From a virus, in IMG/VR virus record IMGVR_UViG_3300029982_000012: a DNA stretch of 64,000 nt; one strand, written 5' to 3'. Under the pieces are notes generated by a model. That model had not been told where the DNA came from. It was given only the letters and a program-made list of their open reading frames with translations, and did no database searches. Position 1 is the first letter of the stretch; each line of letters opens with the position of its first letter. This document shows, piece after piece, positions 63,783 through 64,000 of this stretch. A program made the position numbers and the translations under genes.

Positions 63783-63823
63783 TAAGATTGAGGGTATGTA
63801 AGTCCTCGTATATATTATATCGC
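63783..63823 (-). promoter_or_regulatory. CAATCTTA (63783-63790) and GCGATATA (63816-63823) upstream of baseplate J
   Basis: Motifs read directly in the gap; GAGGT SD follows. Confidence 0.6.
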
Positions 63824-63840
63824 CAGAAAATTCTTAAAAT

Positions 63841-64000
63841 CTAATTAGTTGTAGGTAAAGTAAAAGCAACCGGAAAAACCCCTTGAATTCCGGCTAGTTG
63901 AACCAATAGATTAATTCCCAAACTAGGTCCATTTAATGTGACCTGTAATCCGTCAACTGCGGAGAACCTTGGGTCTGCGGTAACCATATTTACGATTTGT
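63841..64000 (-). CDS. 3' end of a probable gp25-like baseplate wedge/sheath-initiator protein (partial)
   Basis: Manual translation QIVNMVTADPRFSAVDGLQVTLNGPSLGINLLVQLAG...PTTN*; DPR motif and position upstream of baseplate J. Confidence 0.55.
   Translation of the reverse strand, partial: QIVNMVTADPRFSAVDGLQVTLNGPSLGINLLVQLAGIQGVFPVAFTLPTTN

Noticed and set aside
1-64000. Stop-codon reassignment
   Set aside because: Long conserved genes are intact in code 11, all three stop codons end genes, and coding density is already very high.
1-64000. Bacterial chromosome or integrated prophage
   Set aside because: Despite groEL, dnaE, recA and clpP, the genes are highly divergent and interleaved with phage-type SSB/UvsY and baseplate genes; no integrase, att site or host operons were seen.

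Overview
This window reads as a 64-kb segment of a large, AT-rich, lytic tailed-phage (myovirus-like) genome in the standard genetic code. About 1-35 kb is a mostly + strand replication, recombination, transcription and metabolism arm: GroEL- and GroES-like chaperonins, SF2 (UvsW-like) helicase, sigma-70-family factor(s), SbcD/SbcC, ClpP-like and subtilisin proteases, RuvC-like resolvase, DEDD exonucleases, DnaE, gp32-like SSB/UvsY/RecA, DnaB-like helicase, primase, GMP reductase/IMPDH, CYTH, HNH, an orphan MbcA/ParS-type antitoxin, a PLP aminotransferase and a MazG-like protein. About 35-64 kb is a - strand virion module (Gly/Ser/Thr-rich fibres, tail tube, baseplate proteins including a 2390-aa baseplate-J-like protein), interrupted by a + strand island at 50.6-54.2 kb. 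The best candidate for an undescribed system is a phage transcription programme. It comprises a sigma factor that stops just before the region-4.2 HTH, a separate 66-aa stand-alone sigma-4-like protein, and a second divergent sigma-like gene preceded by a ~210-nt highly structured tRNA-like RNA. There are also three promoter classes: host sigma-70 -35/-10 (many leaderless), RYGATATA and CAATCTTA. All calls come from reading motifs by eye; no database searches were run.
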